Source: Welwitschia mirabilis (lineage: Eukaryota). Taken from it: DNA of 34,622 nucleotides. This document shows, in pieces, positions 34,394 to 34,622 of the stretch. The stretch spans positions 47,150,562 to 47,185,183 of the forward strand of contig JBOZIK010000001.1 of the NCBI GenBank assembly GCA_051453625.1, read 5' to 3'. The notes under the pieces are model-generated. The model worked only from the letters and a program-made list of their open reading frames with translations, did no database searches and had not been told where the DNA came from. How positions within the stretch are numbered: position 1 is the stretch's first letter; each line of letters begins with the position of its first letter. The position numbers were made by a program, and so were the translations under genes.

Positions 34394-34622
34394 TGTTAGA
34401 AAAATGCAGCAGAGCAAAAGCAAAATGCAAACATCAACACCCCAGATTTACGTGGAAAACCCCAATGTGGGGAAAAATCACGGAAGCAATGCAGAGCTTT
34501 CTATTAGAATGAAAAAGGGCAAGGACACAAGCCGTCCTTAATAGCCAATCTTGCAACTCTTGACTCCCACACACCTTATGGCATTCCATGCTTCTACTCT
34601 CTTTATAGAGATTTTCTTTTAG
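34394..34622 (-). mobile_element. Copia-type LTR 3' end, reverse orientation, truncated by the window
   Basis: TGTTAG terminus and GATTTACGTGGAAAACCCC..GGGGAAAAATCACGG, the reverse complement of the CCGTGGTTTTTCCC..GGGTTTTCCACGTAAAT motif of copia LTRs. Confidence 0.7.

Overview
This is eukaryotic land-plant nuclear DNA: very AT-rich, with spliceosomal GT-AG introns and five 100-N scaffold gaps, so the ORF track (bacterial-style starts, no splicing) is mostly noise. About 1-17.5 kb is nested, decayed retrotransposon sequence. It includes an LTR with a W-box-rich decamer array beside an NPH3/NRL pseudogene fragment, and a minus-strand gypsy gag remnant. It also includes a long plus-strand Athila-like Ty3/gypsy element interrupted by a TRIM, a solo LTR and a 1.7-kb LINE derivative that appears to carry ORF1 only, followed by a second LINE ORF1 relic. 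From 19798 an apparently intact plus-strand gene resembles Arabidopsis EMB1381 (P-loop protein); I reconstructed six in-phase exons (418 codons) and the gene probably continues past the window. Its long introns hold hAT-type MITEs, a TRIM, LTR remnants and an antisense zf-BED relic. The best leads are the ORF1-only LINE with intact poly(A) and target-site duplication (TSD), the host-gene fragment apparently embedded in an LTR, motif-array TEs in the introns, and the non-canonical Walker motifs of the EMB1381-like protein. All family assignments come from motif recognition by eye; no searches were run.
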